Source: Macrostomum lignano (Eukaryota). Taken from it: a stretch of DNA of 64,000 nucleotides. Positions 62,968-64,000 of this stretch are shown here, one piece after another. The stretch covers positions 108,437 through 172,436 of the forward strand of contig NIVC01002451.1 in NCBI GenBank assembly GCA_002269645.1, written 5' to 3'. The stretch's first letter is position 1; each line of letters starts with the position of its first letter. Made by a program: the position numbers and the translations under genes. The notes under the pieces were generated by a model, which had not been told where the DNA came from, did not search any database, and was given only the letters and a program-made list of their open reading frames with translations.

Positions 62968-64000
62968 ACAAGTAGTTTTTGTTAATGTATGCAGTAAGAA
63001 AAACTACTTATGCGCCCATGTATGAGTATATAGTACTCTCATATTTTGCTTATCTCTTTGTTAGAGGCAAAATCCAATTGTTTTAATTCAATGTGTTTCT
63101 TATTCAAGTTTTACTCATCCAGATTTATTCATTTATTTATTCGAGTGATTATCCAAGCATCCCATAGCCTAGCAACTTTTATTCAGATGCTTATTTTATT
63201 TGCCTAATCTCTACTTCAGCATTGTACACACTTAGGTATAATTTTTTCGGCCTTAACTCTGAACTTGCCATTTCTGAATCTGAACAGTAGATCTGAATCT
63301 ACTGTTTAGACTGGACTGTCTAGACTGTTTATTGACGACGCTTATCATGTATTGTTTTTTTCCAGTGACCATTCTCTTTGAAGGGTGATGCCAATACTTT
63401 ATTATTTCCTACTATTAATTAACGTTGATATTTTGAGCAAATAAAGCAAATAAAAGTTTATTCCGAGATTAGTTTGTTAATAAGGGTGTAAAAAAAGAAA
63501 GAGATATGGACACTTAGCATACTTTCTTTAATTTGATTATTGTTTCGATCTCTCGTATTAGAATTTCGACAAGTGAGCTACCTTAAACTTCTCACTGCCA
63601 TCATTAGTAGATTAGCCTTCTAGTGACATGCAGCTTTCACAAACAATTCTTTGTATTTTTCATGTGTGCATGCGTGCGAATAGCTTTAAAATGCAAGCCT
63701 GAATTCGCAATTATTGGTGCCTTCTGATTGGCTGTACCAGGGAATCCTATTTGTTTCACCCCATTTTTCAGTGTCGCTTCCTGGGAGCGCAGCGAGCCAA
63801 TAGGATTCCCTGGTTGTACCTATAACGCTCTGCAGTTTGGCACATTGCCAACTTTTGGTTGTAGTCAATGCATAAAACTACCGAATCTTCTGCATAAGGA
63901 TCATAGATAAGTTCAGCATGCTGCCATTGGTCATTTGAACCGCTAATACAATAATAATCAATATTAAAATACATAAAATTGTTAAATCTCCTATCATTGT

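Noticed and set aside
63737-63813. 15-bp inverted repeat with two CCAAT boxes
   Set aside because: It could be a promoter or a tiny MITE, but the window ends before any target gene.

Overview
Intron-containing, repeat-rich animal genomic DNA, most likely from a Macrostomum-like flatworm. That assignment is an inference, based mainly on a spliced-leader-like sequence I recognise from memory. Host genes: a 3-exon aquaporin (47-2736, +), a 2-exon class A orphan GPCR with a polyQ loop (39303-40784, +), a 4-exon SLC10 Na+/bile-acid-type transporter (41507-48140, -), Dr1/NC2-beta (about 59736-60296, +) and BAF (62699-62967, +, 1 nt short). About 40% of the window is tandem repeat, including a 15.1-kb 29-bp satellite. 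Mobile elements: a young full-length BEL/Pao LTR retrotransposon (10764-17797, -) with LTRs identical by eye, an ACAAT TSD and a tRNAiMet PBS, plus hAT/Harbinger/foldback MITEs, a tRNA-derived SINE, a LINE 3' end and a decayed Gypsy-like element. Top observation: both BEL LTRs carry a sense-oriented, near-full-length mimic of the flatworm trans-spliced leader that ends in ATG. The same element has a split gag that a host-like intron would repair. Dr1 has no in-frame ATG, but a splice acceptor would put an SL-donated AUG exactly in frame. All alignments and counts were done by hand, and no database searches were run.
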